64,000 bases of DNA, taken from an uncultured cyanobacterium (GTDB taxonomy: Bacteria > Cyanobacteriota > Cyanobacteriia > Cyanobacteriales > Nostocaceae). The stretch lies in contig CAVUDP010000004.1 in assembly GCA_963740315.1 (NCBI GenBank), positions 192,001 to 256,000 of the forward strand. Direction: 5' to 3'. The notes below the pieces were generated by a model. That model ran no database searches. It was not told where the DNA came from and worked only from the letters and a program-made list of their open reading frames with translations. Below, in pieces: positions 61,430-64,000 of this stretch; positions within the stretch are counted from its first letter, which is position 1, and every line of letters begins with the position of its first letter. Position numbers and translations under genes: made by a program.

Positions 61430-61960
61430 ATGTCTTCCCCTTTTCCTGGGATGAATCCTTACTTAGAACATCCCACATTATGGTCAGGTATTCACCATCG
61501 GCTAATTACGGCGATCGCCAATGACTTAGCTCCCAAAATTAGACCTCCTCAGAATAAACAATCTGTAGTTGGTCGTCTTCAGTATAAAACAAAGCGACAA
61601 AAAATATTAAGAAGTGATAGTCATTTAGTGGAAATTGATTTACTACGACAGGGGAAATCAATGCCAATTTTAGAAACAGATATACATAACGATTATCAAA
61701 TTTTAGTAAGTCGCAGTAATATTCGTCCAAAAGCAGAACTTTATCACTTTAATTTACAGGATAAAATTCCTCAGTTTATTTTACCTTTACGCTCTGAAGA
61801 TACAGAACCTATAGTTGATTTACAAACATTATTGCATGAAATTTATGACCAGGGCGGTTACGATTTGAGATTAGATTACAGTCGTTCACCCGTACCCAGT
61901 TTGTCAGGAAAAGATACTGTTTGGGTTGACGAATTATTAAAACGTGAAGGTTTAAGATGA
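61430..61960 (+). pseudogene. DUF4058-family gene with an apparent in-frame internal deletion
   Basis: MSSPFPGMNPYLE start joins directly to PQNK...HLVEIDLLR. The usual middle segment (roughly LEIRE...IEILSP) is absent and the protein is only 176 aa. Confidence 0.65.
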
Positions 61961-62022
61961 CCATTTATTGAGAATGCTTTAAAATAATAATCCAAAATCT
62001 AAAATCTAAAATCCAAAATCCT

Positions 62023-62574
62023 ATGACTTTTATCGCTGCGAAGTGGACAACTGACGACTATCACCGCATGATTGCTGCTGGGATTTTAGAAGAGCGCAAA
62101 GTTGAATTATTGAAAGGGGAAATTGTCGAAATGTCACCGGAAGGAGTACCTCACGCTTATTGTAGCCATGAAGCGGATAAGTATTTAACCTTGTTATTAA
62201 GTGAACGTGCTGAAGTTCGCCAAGCGAAGCCAATCACTTTACTCAACGATTCGGAACCCGAACCAGATTTAGCGATTGTCCAACCTTTGGGGAGAGAGTA
62301 TTTAGAACATCATCCCTATGTTGAAAATGTGTTTTGGGTAATTGAGTATTCTAACTCTAGTTTAGAAAAAGATTTAGAGAAAAAAAGCAAAATCTATGCC
62401 GAAGCAGGTATTCAGGAATATTGGGTTGTAAATCTTAAAACATTACATTTAGTAGTTTTTAGAGAACCATTAAATGGAGATTACGCAACCAAATTTACAC
62501 TTGCTACGGGAATAATTCAACCTCTTGCGCTTGGTGATGTTGATGTTTTGGTAGAGCAGATTATTAATAAGTGA
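62023..62574 (+). CDS. Uma2-family PD-(D/E)xK endonuclease
   Basis: VELLKGEIVEMSP, EPEPD, IE..SS...D...K..IYA, EYWVVNL. Confidence 0.92.
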   Translation: MTFIAAKWTTDDYHRMIAAGILEERKVELLKGEIVEMSPEGVPHAYCSHEADKYLTLLLSERAEVRQAKPITLLNDSEPEPDLAIVQPLGREYLEHHPYVENVFWVIEYSNSSLEKDLEKKSKIYAEAGIQEYWVVNLKTLHLVVFREPLNGDYATKFTLATGIIQPLALGDVDVLVEQIINK

Positions 62575-62600
62575 AAATCTTTAAAATTGAAATTGCGTGA

Positions 62601-63017
62601 ATGGTTAAAGATGTTTTTCATCAACAGGTAAAAAATGCTTTGATAAAAGATGGGTGGATAATTACTGATGACCCATTGACACTTCGTATTAGTGAAGCAA
62701 TCAAAGTACAAATTGATTTAGCGGCTGAAAGTGCGATCGCAGCAGAACGCGATACTGAAAAAATCGCAGTTGAAATTAAAAGTTTTATTGCCGATTCCGA
62801 TATTAGTGAATTTCATACCGCACTTGGTCAATATCTCAATTACGTACAAGCATTGGAAGAACACGAACCCGAACGAATTATCTATTTAGCTGTTCCAAAC
62901 GAAACTTATAAGGACTTTTTTCAACTTACTTTTATTCAACGGACTATCAAACGGTATCAAATGAAATTGATAGTTTACGAACCAATCCAGGAAGAGATTA
63001 TATTATGGATAAAATAG
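62601..63017 (+). CDS. xisH: XisH-family protein
   Basis: KDVFH..VKNALIKDGW.ITDDP, IAVEIKSF, ALGQY. Confidence 0.92.
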   Translation: MVKDVFHQQVKNALIKDGWIITDDPLTLRISEAIKVQIDLAAESAIAAERDTEKIAVEIKSFIADSDISEFHTALGQYLNYVQALEEHEPERIIYLAVPNETYKDFFQLTFIQRTIKRYQMKLIVYEPIQEEIILWIK

Positions 63018-63340
63018 AACGCTATCGACAATTTATAAAGCAAATATTGAGCAAACACGCAGAAATAAGTCCTGGTAACGATACTGTAAAACCAGAGCTA
63101 ATTTTTGATAATGAAAACAACCATTACCAATTAAATTACGTCGGTTGGGAAGGAGATAAAAGAGTATTTGGTCCGGTAATGCATTTTGATATTATTAATG
63201 GGAAAATATGGATTCAATATAACGGAACAGAAGAAGCTGTTGCTCAAAGTTTAGTTGATTTAGGTGTACCCAATTCAGATATTGTGATTGGTTTTCACTC
63301 CCGTTTTAAGCGTCAGTTTACATCTTATGCAGTTGATTGA
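63005..63340 (+). CDS. xisI: XisI-family protein
   Basis: MDKIERYR, HFDIINGKIWIQ.NGTE, DIVIGFH. Confidence 0.92.
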   Translation: MDKIERYRQFIKQILSKHAEISPGNDTVKPELIFDNENNHYQLNYVGWEGDKRVFGPVMHFDIINGKIWIQYNGTEEAVAQSLVDLGVPNSDIVIGFHSRFKRQFTSYAVD

Positions 63341-63420
63341 TTTCATTATTCGCTATTATTTTACGTTGTCGGAGACGTAGCAGTGCTACGTCTCTACATT
63401 GGTTTCAGGTTTGCGATTAA

Positions 63421-64000
63421 TTAATAATTTTTACAAGACAAAATTCCTTTCTTTTCCACACTTATTGCGACTCTAGAAACCTTTTCATCCACCTGAGTTT
63501 CTTCTTCCATCACCAAAGGAATCCAATTAGCAATTACATCTTCACTATTTAAAGTTTCTCCTGGTGAAGACGGTAAACCACCACGCCCAATATTGAAAAA
63601 TGCCACTGCTGCTTCACCCGATACTTGACATCCTTGGGCTACTTCCGTGGATTGAGCATCTTCAGGTAATTCCACAGTCTCCGGATTCGGCTCAATTCCG
63701 GGAGTTTCGATATTCACGTTACCATCAAAACCTAATTGCGAACTTGCCGTAATATCGCTGAGAGAAGTTAATTTATCTCGAAAATCTATACCAAAAATTC
63801 CAAAGGCTGTAAGATCGACATTTCCCCCATTACCTTGAAAAGCATTAGCAGTAATATCGCTGTTTTCACTGGGAAAAGCGACGATAAAACCATCGGGAGA
63901 ATTTACGTTGATATTTCCTCCATCACCACCAAATTGTTCGTTTCCTGCGGTGGTAGAAATTTGACTGTTGTTACGTAATAGTAATAAATCTTGAATATTT
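63421..64000 (-). CDS. Filamentous-hemagglutinin-like TpsA exoprotein, C-terminal part (5' end outside the window)
   Basis: Frame is open to the window end: LLLRNNSQISTTAG...GDGGNI...ENSDITANAFQGNGG...SDITASSQLG..., then C...GRGGLP. Confidence 0.9.
   Translation of the reverse strand, partial: NIQDLLLLRNNSQISTTAGNEQFGGDGGNINVNSPDGFIVAFPSENSDITANAFQGNGGNVDLTAFGIFGIDFRDKLTSLSDITASSQLGFDGNVNIETPGIEPNPETVELPEDAQSTEVAQGCQVSGEAAVAFFNIGRGGLPSSPGETLNSEDVIANWIPLVMEEETQVDEKVSRVAISVEKKGILSCKNY

Noticed and set aside
62601..63340. fdxN excision element
   Set aside because: No XisF recombinase or interrupted fdxN; orphan xisHI pairs are common.

Overview
AT-rich chromosomal DNA from a filamentous cyanobacterium, probably heterocyst-forming (inferred from frequent HIP1 GCGATCGC sites, STRR tandem repeats, XisH/XisI and hgl/dev-like genes). 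Main blocks: (1) 4.7-27.2 kb, an hgl/pfa-like iterative type I PKS cluster (hglE-, hglG-, hglC/pfaB-, hglA/pfaD-, hglB-like) with a GT2 glycosyltransferase and DevBCA exporter, divergent from a PIN-like gene and a LuxR regulator; (2) 27-47 kb, mostly core genes (sbcD, cysH, murE, Hik2-like and other kinases, stress proteins) plus an unannotated 34-aa membrane-peptide ORF; (3) 47.5-64 kb, a two-partner-secretion / TPR-CHAT / DUF928 / CHAT-CHASE2 / DUF1822 / atypical sigma-70 locus. In block 3 a shared bipartite motif (CCTGCATA-N15/16-ACCAAT) precedes the sigma gene and two exported-protein genes, which suggests a caspase-like-protease-controlled sigma regulon and is the best candidate for an undescribed system. 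Also present: a probable PsrR1/CsiR1-like sRNA near 3.6 kb, several MITEs and nested small dispersed repeats, and two degraded genes. No rRNA, tRNA or CRISPR array was seen. Family names come from recalled motifs, not database searches.
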